The notes: generated by a model not told the origin, from the sequence alone. A stretch of 56,660 bases of DNA, filler included, from Sphacelaria rigidula (GCA_964200075.2; 7 parts of 7 records of this genome joined end to end with filler, not necessarily neighbours in it), one strand, 5' to 3'. Numbered from the whole stretch's first letter, positions 25,047 through 38,709 are shown. Translations and numbers: made by a program.

Positions 25047-25352
25047 CTGATGTGCTATAGCTAAGAAACCGTCTGGCTGCTGTCTTGAGTGTACACCGCC
25101 ATGATCTTACTCGGGAATCGTGCTTGTCTTGTACCATCACCACCCCACATTGCGCGGCAGTGTGGAACTGACTGTATTCGATCGGCTTTCTTCATATATA
25201 AGCGAACACATGTTTCACTAACCTTCGATAATTAGCACATACAAGATATATATCATGTGTGAGGTCTGACTACAATAATACGTCTTGCAGTTCTATTATC
25301 CATACTATTAATACTAGTTTATACTTGAAAGCACCCGCAACTCCCGTACCTA

Positions 25353-25440
25353 CGAGCTGGGCCACCCTAAAAACGGATTGGAGCTCTCTAAAAGCAATAT
25401 CTCATCGACACAGACGAGTTGGGCCGTGATCCGCATATCG
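25353..25440. mobile_element. Left end of the Tc1/mariner-type family seen at 5618
   Basis: TA|CGAGCTGGGCCACCCTAAAAACGGAT...GACGAGTTGGGCCGTGATCCGCATAT. Confidence 0.7.
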
Positions 25441-26412
25441 TACTAATCGTCTAATCAAGGGGAAGGTGCCCATCTGCTCAAAAATCTGGGCATTTTTTCT
25501 TCTCGTTGATGAAACCTCATGTCTAGTAATTCCTATACCTGAGGGAGATAGCGCCAATACTAAAATCTCTATGAAGCTCCCGATCGATGCATTTAGCGGG
25601 TGGCGACGAATTTTGGTGTGGAGAACCATAAAAGAGTGCGGAATAAAAAAAAAACGGGCCTTCATTTTTTTTCATAGAGGTTAGGGGGTTCTCGTGAAGA
25701 AATGGTCTTTATCATAGTTGAACGCCCTAAACCAGTGAAAAAGATTAAAATTAATCAACCTGACCCATTTTTTTTGTCAATCATGCTTTACAGAGCGTCG
25801 ATACAAAATTTCAATACACGAAAACCAAACACGGGCCGGTGAGTGGGCTGCGGTATACTGTTCCGAATTTCTACCGACCCGGTTTTTGAAAGGCCCATGC
25901 TCCTTTATACATTTAGAGTTGGGCCCTGAAATTTGGTATGGACAATGGATAGGGCACGAAGAAGAAAATTAGATCGGCACCAGTTTTTTTTTTTCATGAG
26001 TTATGGGCAATTACTCATGTTTCGCCTGTTGAATATGTACCGGTACGGGACAGTCAATGCCTGATGGTTTCCACTGCTGTCTACTTCACGGCCAAAAGCT
26101 TTCCCGGACGCACGCATGGTTTGGAAAGCTTTTTATGACGATGTGGGAACCTTTACCCCCCCCCCGCGCCCTCCCCCCCGTGCGCTCTAGAAAGGACCCG
26201 CCCCTGTATTTTCCTAGACTGCATACATATGTGAACCGAAGAATACTACACATATCAACAGATTCTGCCTTACAGCACAAATCAGGCAGCACCGCTTGGA
26301 AAATCCGGACGCGTTGTGACTGGCACAATTGCTCAATTTTTCTCAACAATTGACGTGAATGCCCATCCCCTTTTGCTGGATGTCGCGAACACCCGTTACC
26401 ACGCAACAACAG

Positions 26413-26921
26413 ACGACAGCTATGATGTTCCCGTGGACCCCAAGCAGCAGGACAAGGCTACCACCATCAAGCTGTGCAGCATCCGCCGCCCGCACATGCG
26501 CGCCTTCCACTTTGCGTGGTTCGGATTCTTCATGGCCTTCGTCTCCTGGTTCGCGTTCGCTCCCCTCATGCCCGAGATCAAGGTTGACTTGGGCATGAGC
26601 CAAGACGAAGTGTACAACGCCAACATTTCCTCCGTGTCCTCCACCGTGCTCTCGCGGTTCATCGTGGGCCCCCTCTGTGACACATTCGGAGCGCGCGTCA
26701 TCTCATCCACTCTGCTCCTCATGGGTTGCATTCCCACGTTCTTCGCTGGTCTGGTGCAGAATGCGGTTGATGTGGCGGTGATCCGTTTTTTCATCGGTGT
26801 GATGGGCGCGACATTCGTGTGCACGCAGTACTGGTCATCGCAGGTGTTCGCGAAGGAGTTCGTGGGTACGGCCAATGCTACGACGGCGGGGTGGGGTAAT
26901 CTAGGCGGTGGTGTGACACAG
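26413..26921 (+). CDS. NRT2: High-affinity nitrate transporter (NRT2/NNP, MFS), first identifiable exon; start exon not found
   Basis: RPHMRAFHFAWFGFFMAFVSWFAFAPL...FVCTQYWSS...VGTANATTAGWGNLGGGVTQ (nitrate signature), GTGAGG donor. The 5' boundary is inferred from a CAG acceptor. Confidence 0.93.
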
Positions 26922-28366
26922 GTGAGGCTCTTCAGGAGCTGTGAGCATCTTGATGTCATATATTTCCCATCGCCTACCTTCGGGGCTGTTGACCCTGTGA
27001 CCGCGAGGGTAGGTCAGCCAGCTGCTGAATCGGAATCAATTTTCACTCGAAAAAAGTGTCCATGATCCAGATGGCCTACCCACACCGCGGTCCAAGGGTT
27101 GATTGGGAACTGAGTAGGCGTGTGCCTGGGTGATGTTATGATTTGGATCTTCTGCCGATATTGTCGTAACAAATGCAAACGGATATTTGTGCAGGTTTGA
27201 TCGTCCTCGAGACCTTTCACAAAATCATCACCCAGCTCCTGCATTCATTCGCTGACAACGGCGAACTAGGTTATCGACATCAGTCACGAGTACTTGACAG
27301 AGCGTCGTGCCGGTTCGAATAATGAAATAGAAGCACTGTCAATACACGGCCGCGGTTACGACCCTCAATAATGTTCTCCGTCTCTGGGAATACCCCCCTT
27401 CCGCTCGCGGGCCAGACGCTCACTTATTTCAAGTCCTGACAAGAAAACGATGGGGACATCGGAGACCGACGGCAACCACCGTTTTTACGGCGGAAGGCCA
27501 CAGAAGAAACTACCACAGCATACGTCATGCATAAAAAATGTCACCCCAGTGCGGTCGGATTAGTTTTGCCCAGTGAGGGGATGCGACGCAGCAAGTTCGT
27601 TCCGCTTTGTTTGTGTGCCCAGCAATTAACACACGTGTGCCTGAAGTCTATACAAAAATCGGTACCACCGCCATTCTATCTTCCATATACGGAGTCTCGT
27701 CCTGCACATTGATACACGGGTCTGAAAAACACGCCTCGGGTCAACAGTTATGCGTGCGAGCTGTAAAAGCTTGACCATATATATGTCGCTCAAAAACAGC
27801 ACCTCAAAATCTACACATACTTTTCCATCGCCAGTGTGCCAAAAGGGTCAAGATTCATCTGATGAGAGGCGCGCGATGTTGAATATTCCTTCAACTGACT
27901 GCGGCACGATACTGAAACGGCAAAATCTCAGGTCCATAATTATCGATAGACACGGTCTTTTTCAGAGATTTGGATCTTTTTCAGATTGTTCAGGCTTTGC
28001 GTACTTTCAGATTTCTCAGAAAACGAAGCGGCTTGACCCCCCCGCCCCGCCCCTCCCCAAAGCTTCATTTTTGGATGAACCCGAAAAATTCGGACTGCAG
28101 CGCAGCACTCATGGTGACTGCTCTTGTGTGTACGCCTTGATGCTCGCAAGCGTAAAGAGAGTCATCGGGAATCTCGCCACTCCCAAGAAATTCGGAGATG
28201 TCTGAAAAAATGTGTCGATAATAATGGGCCTTGGTCAATATGTTGCGTGTCTTCAACCAAACCCATCTCGCGGACGCGCTCGTGCCATAACTTCTGAGAA
28301 CTGAGTCTGACCCTGTGTCACCCTATGCATCATACATGGGACACCTATGAAAACTGCCGTCATTAG

Positions 28367-28576
28367 GTGTTCATGGTGGGAATCTGGAACGCTTTCAAGA
28401 TCAGCTACGACAGCGAGACGGCGTGGCGTCTGTCGTTCCTCGTGCCGGCATCCATCGTTTTGCTGGTCGCCATCGGACAATTCTTTCTGGCCGACGACTG
28501 CCCCAAGGGAAACTACAAGGAGCTCGAGGCTCACGGAGCAATGGTCCGCAAGAAGTCTTCGGAGTCCTTCAAGAAG
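28367..28576 (+). CDS. NRT2: NRT2 exon ending at a GC donor
   Basis: TAG acceptor, VFMVGIW...AWRLSFLVPA...DDCPKGNYKEL...SFKK, donor AAG|GCAAGT. Confidence 0.92.
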
Positions 28577-30262
28577 GCAAGTATATGCCCCATTGCCTCC
28601 ACCGTTTCTCCTTTTCGTCTACCGAGCGGTTCAGTGAATGCCCACAACTTTTCTCCCATTGTTAATTATAGATACAAGACGCAAAACTGACCGTAGAAAC
28701 ATATTTGGTATCACTTCTCACCCCCAGAAGCAAGCAGAAAACAGTGTGATATACCTAGATTTTTCTTGCATCGTTTGCTGTGGCGCCACTAGTAACGTAT
28801 TTCTAGGCCGATCAGGGGCCTTCAAAATGTTCTGAAATTGAAGATGGGAATTCCCGACACACTTTGTACCCCATCATGAATCAAAACTTGGTGACTGCCA
28901 TCAGCTAGGGAGTCAAGCGCTGGAACCAAAATCGAAGACGGTTTATGTGGGATCGACTAACACCTCAAAACGTGTTTTTTCGGTGATGTGGGGTTTCGGC
29001 GTCGTCGTATTCCCACTGATATGACGCATCGAAGACCCGGGAAGCCTCTTGACGGATTCCGTTGTTAGTGTCGTAGTATGAAGAAGCTCTGATCATCCCC
29101 AACTTGGCAGTTTGATAGATATGAGTGCTCCAAATGGAAGCGTATGCTACCGACGTACACTTCGACGCACACGCGCACAGTTCTCTGTAGTTGGGCCCCG
29201 AAGTTTTGCACACCTGTGCTAATCATGTGTGCAGATTTTTTCGTTTTCCGCCTGATATTCGGGGTCCCAGGAGACCATTGTGACCTATCTGTGCATAATT
29301 TTCAGGGTCCAACCCGCGCGAGATGTCTTCGGGGAGTAAATTCTGGTCGCTCACCCTGAACTAGCCTGTAAGGCCTTTTCAGATTAGAGGCTCCCATCCC
29401 CTGGATCGCGGGGGAACTTTCATGTATACAGTACATTATTGACCACGCTCCTCGTGGGAAGCCCCGGTCTCTTCCGCGAGGGCCTCACGCGTAGTGCCCC
29501 TCAAGGAAGTTGGTGCTGTCGACGCGGCCTGTCGGCATAAAGTGTGTATCGGATTTCCTAAAGAACGTAGTAAAGTGCGGCATGAGAGACTTGATGAATG
29601 AATGTCTCACACGAACCCATATACATATAGCAATGTTTCCGTGAGATTGGGAGTAGCGGATACGATTGAGAGTGACAAGCGGTCAATGGGTGAATAAATC
29701 GTTTCAGTTCCGAAATGCCCCTTCACGAGGCCCGATATGCTTTCCGTAGTAGCCTGCCACTGAGGCCCTTGATATCCCTGAGTAGGATATCGACGTGGAG
29801 GTGTAAGCACACGCCAGTGATGCAGGAAAGACAAGTACACACGGAATAAGAAATTGGCTATGCTGAAGTGAATGATCGAAGCCACTCTCAATCAGCGCTC
29901 TACTCTCAATCTCACGAAAACATTGTTGCACGGCGTTTCAGTTGAAGAAACGCTGTCGTATAAAGAAGGCGCATCGCTGTTGAGCGTTGATGCAGCAGTG
30001 CATTTTCCCTCCATCTTCCGGGGCTGCTGATTCGTACCGATCTATTTGGTGAACCTCGGTGTGTGCTTTCCCCAATTGATGAGCAACGATGACTAGCAAA
30101 ACGCCCCATGCGAATACCTTCAAAACCTTAACCTCAGCCCTCGGAGTCGTTTCCTTGGTTGGTGCCTGGGTGTAAGCTGCAGCCCCATGTTTCTGAATGC
30201 GACATGTAACGCCCGAACTAACATGTTTCTTGAAACGTTCCGTTCTCCCCCAATATCCACAG

Positions 30263-30458
30263 GGCTACCTAAACTTCAACTCGTGGCTCATGTTCGCCCA
30301 GTACGCCGCTTGCTTCGGAGTGGAGCTGACCGTCAACAACACTCTTTCCCAGTACTTCCAAGACTTTTTCGGCCTGTCCACGACCAAGGCTGCCACGGCG
30401 GCGTCCTTGTTTGGTCTGATGAACCTCTTCGCTCGCTCCTTGGGCGGGATGTGGTCCG
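30263..30458 (+). CDS. NRT2: NRT2 exon
   Basis: CAG acceptor, GYLNFNSWLMFAQYAACFGVELTVNN...FGLMNLFARSLGG, GTGAGC donor (phase 1). Confidence 0.95.
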
Positions 30459-31279
30459 GTGAGCTTTACAACGGTTGGTCCGGCGTTTTCTACAGCTGAC
30501 TGCGAAGAGAATCGCCGCATCCATTTCGGGTATTGGGGAGTATGTTGGGGCTGGAGCTCGCCTCGGAGTGACGGGTTCTGGTTTCGATATCTTTCTTGGT
30601 ACTGAAGCTGTTGAGCCTCCTTGCTTTTGCCTCATTTTTTTGGGTGTCATTAGGGAGTACGTTGATTGAGGATGGAGCTCGCGCTTGAGTGGTGTGTGTT
30701 ACAATATCATTCCCCTCCCCTGCTTCGTGGAAGCACGACCAACCTCTTGAAATCCAAATCTTCATGGTCACACGACTCTGTCGAGTTCTGATGCCCGAAA
30801 TGCGAACCATGATATCAATTCCACCCCTCTGTAGTGTGCTGGCAACGGTTTGTTCGCAAGCAGCGTCGACGCCCCGCTTTTGCTCTCGGAGCAGGTGGGT
30901 AATTTCGAGCTGAAACAGCAGATCCCGTCCAACATTTTTTCCGTCGATCGTTGCATAAAGTGCGGAATACGACTACCACCCCACCCGCGCGCCCTTCCCT
31001 TCCTTTCGTTTTGCACGAATTTCCATTTGTCGAACGAAAGCGAGCTGGTACACCACTTGTTGTCTTTTCCCGTAGCTGTAGAAAGAGGAACGAGCGTCAA
31101 CCCTATCGACCAGATTCATACCGTTTTCCCCGGGCCGAAAACATAACACGCAAGTCTTGGAAGGAAGGAAGAGGCCACACCCCTTATGGAAATCATGTCC
31201 GAATTCATGTGCTAAACCCCCCCGACGTTTCTTGTTCCATGCACCCTACTTGCTGTCACCCGTGCCAAATACTCTACAG

Positions 31280-31719
31280 ACTGGTTGTACCGTAAATTCG
31301 GCGCCGGCGTGCGCGGCATGCGCGGACGCCTGATCGCTCAGTGGACCGCCCTCGTGTGGGAGGCCATCTTCCTGTTCGTGTTCACGCAGATGGACGTGCT
31401 CGGCGCGGCACTCCCAGTACTCATCCTTTTCTCCCTTGGAGTGCAGGCAGCGGAGGGTACCTCGTACGGTATCGTGCCGTATATTTGCCCCGATGCAACG
31501 GGCGCCGTATCCGGTATCGTGGGCGCTGGGGGTAACTTCGGTGCCGTCATGTGGGGTTTGGCTTTCCGCTTCGGTCCCTCCAGCGCTAAGGACGTGTTCC
31601 AGATTCTCTCGGCATTCATCCTGGGTCTGTCTTTTTTGACCCCCTTCATTAAGATCCGCGGGTACGCTTCGGTCTTCGGTCCACCCGTCGGGGAGCCGGA
31701 CTCCATCGCCAACATCTAG
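31280..31719 (+). CDS. NRT2: NRT2 last exon
   Basis: CAG acceptor in phase, DWLYRKFG...GMRGRL...VQAAEGTSYGIVPY...GAVSGIVGAGGNFG...TAG. Confidence 0.95.
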
Positions 31720-32336
31720 AGTCGATCCTGAAGTAATGGTGATTTTTTCTAGTATTAGGGATGGACAGCTTTTCAATCTCCCCAATAACGGCAGGATGCT
31801 ATTATCCAGATACTCCCGGATACACATATTGTCCCCCGGAAATTGGGATTTTGATGAAACTCGTAGTTTTGTGTTTGTTTCATCATGTCTTCTTCTGCGC
31901 CGATTTTACGTGAAAATGAGATCAGGAGGGCTGTAGAAGTCACTTTTCAACGTACGCTTCACTGATCGAGTATCTTTTTGTATGTAAATGTTGATTTGTA
32001 TTTAATTGCCCTTCGGGCAGTCTCGTGTAAGATTTTTCTCGAGTTTGGATGTCGTGACGTTGTAGACACAAGAAGTGATACGACACAAATGTTGTTTTCA
32101 CATATTCACACTCCACCACTGGAACATAATAGTTGTTGTACACACGTAAGCGCTGGGGGTCAGGTGTTGTCGCCGGGAGTGAATGTAGCGTTGTACACGG
32201 ATCCGATCGTAGTAGTTTTGTAGTCTTGCTACCTTCCTGAATCCTTGACGAATTCACCAGAGGAGGAAGCAGCCTCCCAATACACAGGGGTATGTCGCAT
32301 CTCAGGGGGGGGGGGAAAGGGGGGGGGAGGGGGGGG

Positions 32337-32436
32337 NNNNNNNNNNNNNNNNNNNNNNNNNNNNNNNNNNNNNNNNNNNNTTAATTAATTAANNNNNNNN
32401 NNNNNNNNNNNNNNNNNNNNNNNNNNNNNNNNNNNN
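32337..32436. other. Artificial contig linker
   Basis: N44-TTAATTAATTAA-N44. Confidence 0.98.
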
Positions 32437-32559
32437 TCCCGGCATTGTAGGGATGCGAGGTCAATGGTCTGACGACTGTGGCATGCATGATCATGGGTAC
32501 ACCCCCCGTATGTGGGTGTGTGTGACTCCATTATTTCGAGGGAAAGTAGCACTCCGCGA

Positions 32560-33830
32560 AGGACCTGGTTCCCGTCGAAATATCAAAACGGTGCAAGTTT
32601 CGGTGGTTTGCCCATCACATCGTTTCTTCAAGCGAAGTGCTTGTTCAATTCTCTTCCTCACGAGTGTTTCACACCCACCTCCGGTGATGGTCGACCCTCA
32701 CCATCTGGTTGAAGATTGTCGGTAACATTTTGGGCATATGGCGGGAGCGCAGACTGCAGTCCTTCTCTGACCTGCGGGGAGATTGTCTTCTCGATGCATA
32801 TGGTACACGGTGTTTACTGTGACTACGTATCGTGTAGGCTGTTTGGGGGCTACCATGAGTTACTGTGTAAATCAAGTGCAGAGAAATGTTTTGGCACATG
32901 ATCGATGGTGTTTGGCCGAAATGCTGGACAGAAGAAAGTGCTCTAAAAGTGCAAATCGACGGGGTTGCTGTGAAGCTAGAGATTGTTGGAAACGTGATGA
33001 TCCCCGAATTGAGTTTGTTTTCGCATGAAGGCGGTTGGAGATCGAGGTTTACAACGGACAGGTTCTCCCGTCTTCATGAGGCATTTGGATGAATCTGTTT
33101 ATTTTTTTCTCAGCGATGATCAAGACACGTGAAAACTGCACGTGCGGAGCCTGTAGCGCGTGTTGCTTGTGATCACGAAAGAGTGAGCGATATGGGTAGC
33201 TAGGTGATACACTAGCGTGTTTGACTACTGCGGATAGGATTGTGCTGTGTAATAGCTTGGCGTCTTACGCTAATGTTGTACCGTGTTTCCTCTTCGTACT
33301 TCACATTTTGATCAAAAGTTGTGGAAAGAGAATTCACCTTCAAAATCGTGGCGGCGTTCATGGTAGGTAGAGAGAAGCGTATTTCGCCGCTGACGGCGGC
33401 GTCAATCTGGAATCAGTTTTATGTCAGCATGCAGGCGTAGGAGAGGCGAATTTCTATGCGTGAAAATCACTGGATCATAACCCAAGTCGCACTTTCCGGC
33501 TTACAAACGAGAACGAGAACGACGTTTTGTATATGGGATGGCAGTGCTGGTATTCTGGTTCGACGCAAACACAGCCAACCATGGATTAGGGCGTCAGGGA
33601 TCGGAAAAAAACACGTCTACAATACCGTGTTACAGCAGTGCTACAGTAGAAAGCAGAGATGGATACCATGGCGAGGCATTGGCTCATGTGAGATGGTAAA
33701 TTCCACAGGTGCATGAGAACAGTCTTCGGGGCCAAATGGTGCCGTAGTGTGTACATGGGAACTTTTTGTTATTGACTACGATCGATTGTCGCATGTGGAC
33801 GGATCCCCTCTCGGTAGGAAGCCGGCCGTG
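32560..33830 (-). pseudogene. Heavily decayed RTE-type LINE reverse transcriptase
   Basis: Minus-strand fragments in the expected order: GFLP...RPHATID (~GILPEEQCGFRP.RSTID), ILSAVVKHASVS (~MLYADD region), LIIAEKK (~GLTVSEKKT), CETLVRKR (~ETTVRKRR). Confidence 0.45.
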
Positions 33831-34310
33831 GTCGTAAGATAGACGTACCCACAGGTAACCGTATTCCGGGAGAGTCGCTAGAGAAGGCTTCCAAAGGGCG
33901 ACAGGAAGGTAGATGAAGAGAATGAAGAATACCGGAGTACGAGAAACAAATGAAAAGTGACGTCCTGTAGAGGAATAAGGGGAATCAGAGGAAGGTAAGC
34001 ATGAACAAGGTCACGATAGATATAGAACCGGTCCTGCTGAAAAAACGAGAGAGGCATGGCCGAATCTCTGCCGCATGGTTTCAGGTGAGAAGTTGGTACG
34101 AGATCAAACAAAGTCGAACAGAGCAAAAAACCCGCAGCGGAAAAACACGCGGTGGGCACGTTGCGCAACTGGCCTGTCCAAGAAGCACAGGCCTTGGTAC
34201 GAAATCTCATCCGCGAACTCGGCAGGAGAGAAAAACAGGCACTGCTACAGCATTTGAAACGGTATTGATAAAAAAGAAGCGAAATAAACGTGATGAAACG
34301 AAACATAATA

Positions 34311-34320
34311 CAGCAGCAGC

Positions 34321-34356
<36 letters not shown>
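34311..34356. repeat. (CAG)3(CAA)n microsatellite
   Basis: Visible trinucleotide run. Confidence 0.95.
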
Positions 34357-34357
<1 letters not shown>

Positions 34358-35373
34358 ATACAAGCAAGCAAGAACAATACAGTAGAACACAAAACGAAGC
34401 AAAACATGAGAATGATTGATTGCCGTACATGAAGTCATCTTCCAGGGACCAAGCCGTGGTCATTATCCACAAGATAGGCGTATCCAAGGTAGACAACACC
34501 GAAACAGATAGAGCAAACAGGATAGACCGAAGAAAAACAGGCAACCGAATAAGAAGACCCGCAAACCGACAAAACGACAGATGGCAGGGTGGGGGTAATA
34601 TATACCTACGTTACATATTCTGTCTTGTGCTAATCCTACCGTGTCGCTCGGGCAGCACTGCGAAGCTACCTGGATGGTCGTCGTTGAGCTCTTGTGCCGT
34701 GCGGTGCCACCTTGAATACACTTTCGTTTCTTTGCTTCACTGTCCAGGCTGTTAGACGTCTTCGATGCACCGGCGTCAGCAACAGGAGAGCGGGGGGGTC
34801 AGAATGCACCTGGGCAACGACTCCTGTCTCTGATGCGGGACATGTTTGATTCCAGAACTGCCAGGGCTTGGCTGCGCTTCGCTCCCTTTCTCCTTCTCAG
34901 ACCCGCGGAACAGGCACCGGGGTGAGGAAGCGTTCGAAAAGCACTAAATACAGTCTGTACTTGCTCTCGGTGCTTTAAACACCTGAAAAAGGTTGGTATG
35001 ATTAGATCTGACGGAATTGTCACGGTCCGATTATCGTGTCTGATCAGCGACGCGTTTGGCTTGGCTTGGGTTTTCTTTGGCCTCTCAGACCCGTAGAAAA
35101 GGCGGTGGGGGGCAAGACTATTTTTTTCTGTACAACGTGTGCGCCATAACAAGCGCACGGCCCACTCTTCTTTCCGGGGAAAAAAAAACGTTTTTCTTCT
35201 GCATGCGCAAGCTTCTCCATATATGTGTGTGTGGCGGAGGGCGGCGGTTGTTCTCAGCGCACGGCTATTTTCGAGGTATTCGTTCGCATAAGCCGCGGTA
35301 CTCTACTTTTCCAATTTCGAATGACGCGTTATGCCCCCTCCCTCCCGTGTCCTCCTTTTCCGCGAAAATTCAG

Positions 35374-35506
35374 GTACCACGCGAAGCTGTTCAAGAAGGG
35401 ATTGCTTGACTGTGAGTTCGTCGACATGCCTGTCGCGGCCGGGGCTGGAGGGCTCGACGCCCGACCCATGGAACCCGTGTTCTCCTTTGCGTCAATTGCC
35501 TCTCAG
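35374..35506 (+). CDS. PRKDC: DNA-PKcs internal exon
   Basis: YHAKLFKKGLLDCEFVDMPV...MEPVFSFASIASQ resembles human YPNPMFEHPLSECEFQEY...LTPMFVETQASQ. CAG/GT boundaries. Confidence 0.8.
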
Positions 35507-36540
35507 GTACCCCTCATAGGTTTTAGGCACGGCGAAATTTACTGACCCAAGGTTCGTGTTTTTTATTTCAGAAAGTACGGCTTGGCTGCCCGTCCCGTCA
35601 CGTGAAATATTTCCTTGCGTAAGAACAAGCTTCTTTTGTCTTCCCCATTTTTGCAGTAGTAGTAGGTTTAGGTTTACGCATGTCGTTGATGAACACACGC
35701 AGCCCCTGTGTTCATTTTTGACCGTCATGCTTATATTCAGAGTCCATGAACGCGGGGTGAGCTCTTGTTCCGATATTGTACGCAGTGGTCCCCATTCTCA
35801 TGATGTAGAAAGGATAATGTACATATATATATATACCTATATATGTGTGTGTGTTTCACACCCTGGACAACATATGCTTAATGTTGTAATTGAAAGAAAC
35901 GTACTGCGTCCAGACCAGGTTTATTGCACCTATTAACCGTGCTTTTTCCAGGATGTGATCTGTTCCTGAGCTTGTCCAGCTTTACTGAATCAGCACGTAG
36001 CCACACGTGCTTCACTGTGGCGCCAGCTACGCGTGTAGGTGCTGTCGGTGTGCGTACGTGACCCCCTTTTTGTTTCTGCTGTACGGAACGTTGCAATTTC
36101 GAACCGGTTTCTGTAGTGAGGCTTCCCCTCCTGTCTCGTTAGAGCCCATCTCGAGCATCCCAGTGTAATTTTCAAGCCCATGTTGAGACCCTTTCTTACC
36201 ACGAAGGAAAAAAAAACGCTACCGGTGACCAATCCTTCTCGTTTTTTCTCGTTTTTTGTTATATTTACTTGTTTTTGTTTCGCTCTTTCCTTGTTTTTTT
36301 TATTTTTACTTTTTCTGCCCCTAGTCTACGTTGTTTTTTCATGTTTTATCTTTCAGTTTATTTCACTTTTTTTCAGCCGCTGTGTCCATCTTGCTTTTAT
36401 CTCGGGCAGATCCGTCTTGTGACCACGGTTAAATCTCTGAGGGATGAGTGAAGCTGCAACAATCGACCGAAAGCAATAAAGCCTGTGATGCCGTGCCCCC
36501 CGTCTCCCGTCTCCCGCCACCCTTCTCGTACCCTCCTCAG

Positions 36541-36823
36541 AACGCCGCCATGGCGACAGGGAATCTCGCCGATGGCAGCTACGGCACACTAACGACTGAT
36601 ATAGCCGAGCGTAGAGCGGGCATGGTGAGAGCAACGCAAAACTACCTTTGGTCCCAAACTCAAGCGCCGGGTGGTGGCTCCGGCGGTGGTGGTACCGCGG
36701 GAATGAGTGGAACAACGCAGGGAGGGAGAGGTGGGAGGGAACGGGCGTCGGTGTCTACGCGCCCTCGCCGATTGGCGTTTCTTTCTCAGACTCAGAGTAA
36801 GATGCTGGCGCCGGCAGACTCGG
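36541..36823 (+). CDS. PRKDC: DNA-PKcs internal exon (ABCDE cluster)
   Basis: AGMVRATQNYLWSQTQ resembles human AGQIRATQQQHDFTLTQ. CAG acceptor phase 0, GTAAGC donor phase 1. Confidence 0.85.
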
Positions 36824-37503
36824 GTAAGCTGAATATCTGACTCAGCAGACAGATATGGCGATATTCATGAGTGTGGATTCGTTTTTAGTATGTGTCCACG
36901 CGGCCTCTCACCGATACCTTGCGCCGTCGTTTGTTGAGTTCTGTCCAGAGCAGTTCGTTGACACGTATATATTGCCTTACGTATAAAGCAAAGCTGTCCT
37001 ACTGTTGTTTGTTTCGCCTAAGACCTGATAGTGCGGAAGAACCTTCCGTCACATATCGTTCTTAGTTCCTGGAGCAGTTTTGCGACGCTGTTTGGGTCGC
37101 GTCCGACTCGATATCGACCTGAAAAAGCAAGGCCACAATGACAATCATACCATCTGACGAGATGCATTGGTGAGAGTGTCTCGTATTACCAAGTGATATC
37201 TGCTCCGGTATTCTCCACTTCTCATCTACGGCTTGTACACGTATCATTGTCCGTTCACGTTTGCAACTGACCGTGGTGTTTTGATTCCTACTGGCGCCAC
37301 GAGAGGGGTGCCAAGGATCGTATCTTTGTGGCATATATGTATATATATATTTATATATTTGTCCAACATACCTACACATCGCGCCAAACATACAACGACA
37401 TTCCTGGACATCAAATGTAATATTACATACGAAACAGATTCTTCGATCACGAACTATGTATAATTTATTCAACCCCCGAAGTGGTCGTCTATATGCACTG
37501 AAG

Positions 37504-37730
37504 GTACTTCTTCTCAAGCGGCGATGCCGCCACCGCCGGCAAGAGGGCGCTCCCGTGGCAGTGCTGGCGGCGGGGGTTTCGGGAGTCAGGGGAGCGGAGG
37601 AGGGGTCGGACGGCGATTCTGGAAAACGTTCCGTGGCTCAGTTTCGACCCTCGGGAAGGATGAAATAACGGCGATAGGTCGGAGACGGGCGGCGAAGCAG
37701 GAGCGAGACAAGGCTTCCAGGGCGAAGAGG
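37504..37730 (+). CDS. PRKDC: DNA-PKcs internal exon (low complexity, basic)
   Basis: AAG acceptor phase 1 and GTAAGG donor phase 0 keep the frame between the flanking conserved exons; GTSSQAAMPPPP...RRFWK...ASRAKR. Confidence 0.75.
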
Positions 37731-38076
37731 GTAAGGTGGCGAGTTTTTGTGGTCACCCGAGAACATCTCTTCACGTTCGGGCTTTGCAGATTGTGCACAA
37801 CCGTGTTGTCTCATCGGTATGTGCTCCCAAGATTCGAGTGAAAATGATCAGAATGATGTACTCATCGAATCGTTTGAGTTAACCGACCTGTGTGCTGGAC
37901 AGGTATACTTGTTTTATTGCGCACAGTATCTGGCGGTACTAGCGGTGTGCTCCATCTAATGAGCGGTCACTTCGTCGCACCCAGGATGCATTGCACCCCC
38001 TGGACAGTGTGCGGTCAACGATAGTTGCAAAAGAAAAAAGCTTATTGCGTAAACGATGGCCTATTGCAACTACAGT

Positions 38077-38709
38077 AGTGGCCTCGATTTTATGCCAACT
38101 ATTTCATGCCAAATAGATTACATGCCGTTTTTTTCCAGGGAGCACAATTGTTTTTCTCTTTCATGCCGCTTTCGTATTGTCCTCCCATGAACGGTATTTG
38201 ATCAACATTTATGCCGAATCGGCATATTATCGGACCGCTTTTATGCCGATGTGGGGTATTTTCGGCTCATTCTTGTGCCCAGAGATCAGGTTGACATGCG
38301 AGCTTGCCGCGAGTGAAGCACGAACACGGCAACACTCGAAGTTGTAAGTCATTCGATGTGCAGCAGCACAACGCTGCAAGGTGCCAGAGCTAACGCCAGG
38401 CCCACCTCACTACACACAACATAAGTGTTGAAAGTGTCGCAAGTGCTGTAATACAACTCTTGAGACGGGGGGCATCTACCCCTGAGCCCATCTGCACCCA
38501 AACGTGACTCCAAACAACGTGGATTCAAGGTCAAAGGGTGTTACATACAGCATAATTGTGCTCTGTGTGCTAGTCTGATTTCATGCTGAATCGGTATAAA
38601 AGTGCCCTCCCGGTCATATGTCGAAACAGCATGTAAATTATTTCATGCCATTTCTATTTTTTGCCGGAGTCTTTGGGGGGACATTGCCCGGCATGAAATC
38701 GGGGCTACT
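38077..38709. mobile_element. MITE with ATGCC subterminal repeats in a DNA-PKcs intron
   Basis: AGTGGCCTCGATTTTATGCC vs right reverse complement AGTAGCCCCGATTTCATGCC; many ATGCC motifs near both ends. Confidence 0.6.

Noticed and set aside
26420-26959. Antisense ORFs over NRT2 exons and the kinase exon
   Set aside because: Shadow ORFs caused by GC-rich codon usage.
9045-31719. Nitrate-assimilation cluster (SUMT for siroheme plus NRT2)
   Set aside because: The genes are on different contigs joined artificially by length order; proximity is coincidental.
33878-34544. ORFs with poly-Cys/Thr/Val/Leu runs
   Set aside because: Artefacts of a (CAA)n microsatellite.
34901-34921. 21-nt micro-exon upstream of the DNA-PKcs exons
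   Set aside because: Splice-like signals are present but the peptide shows no similarity to the expected DNA-PKcs segment.
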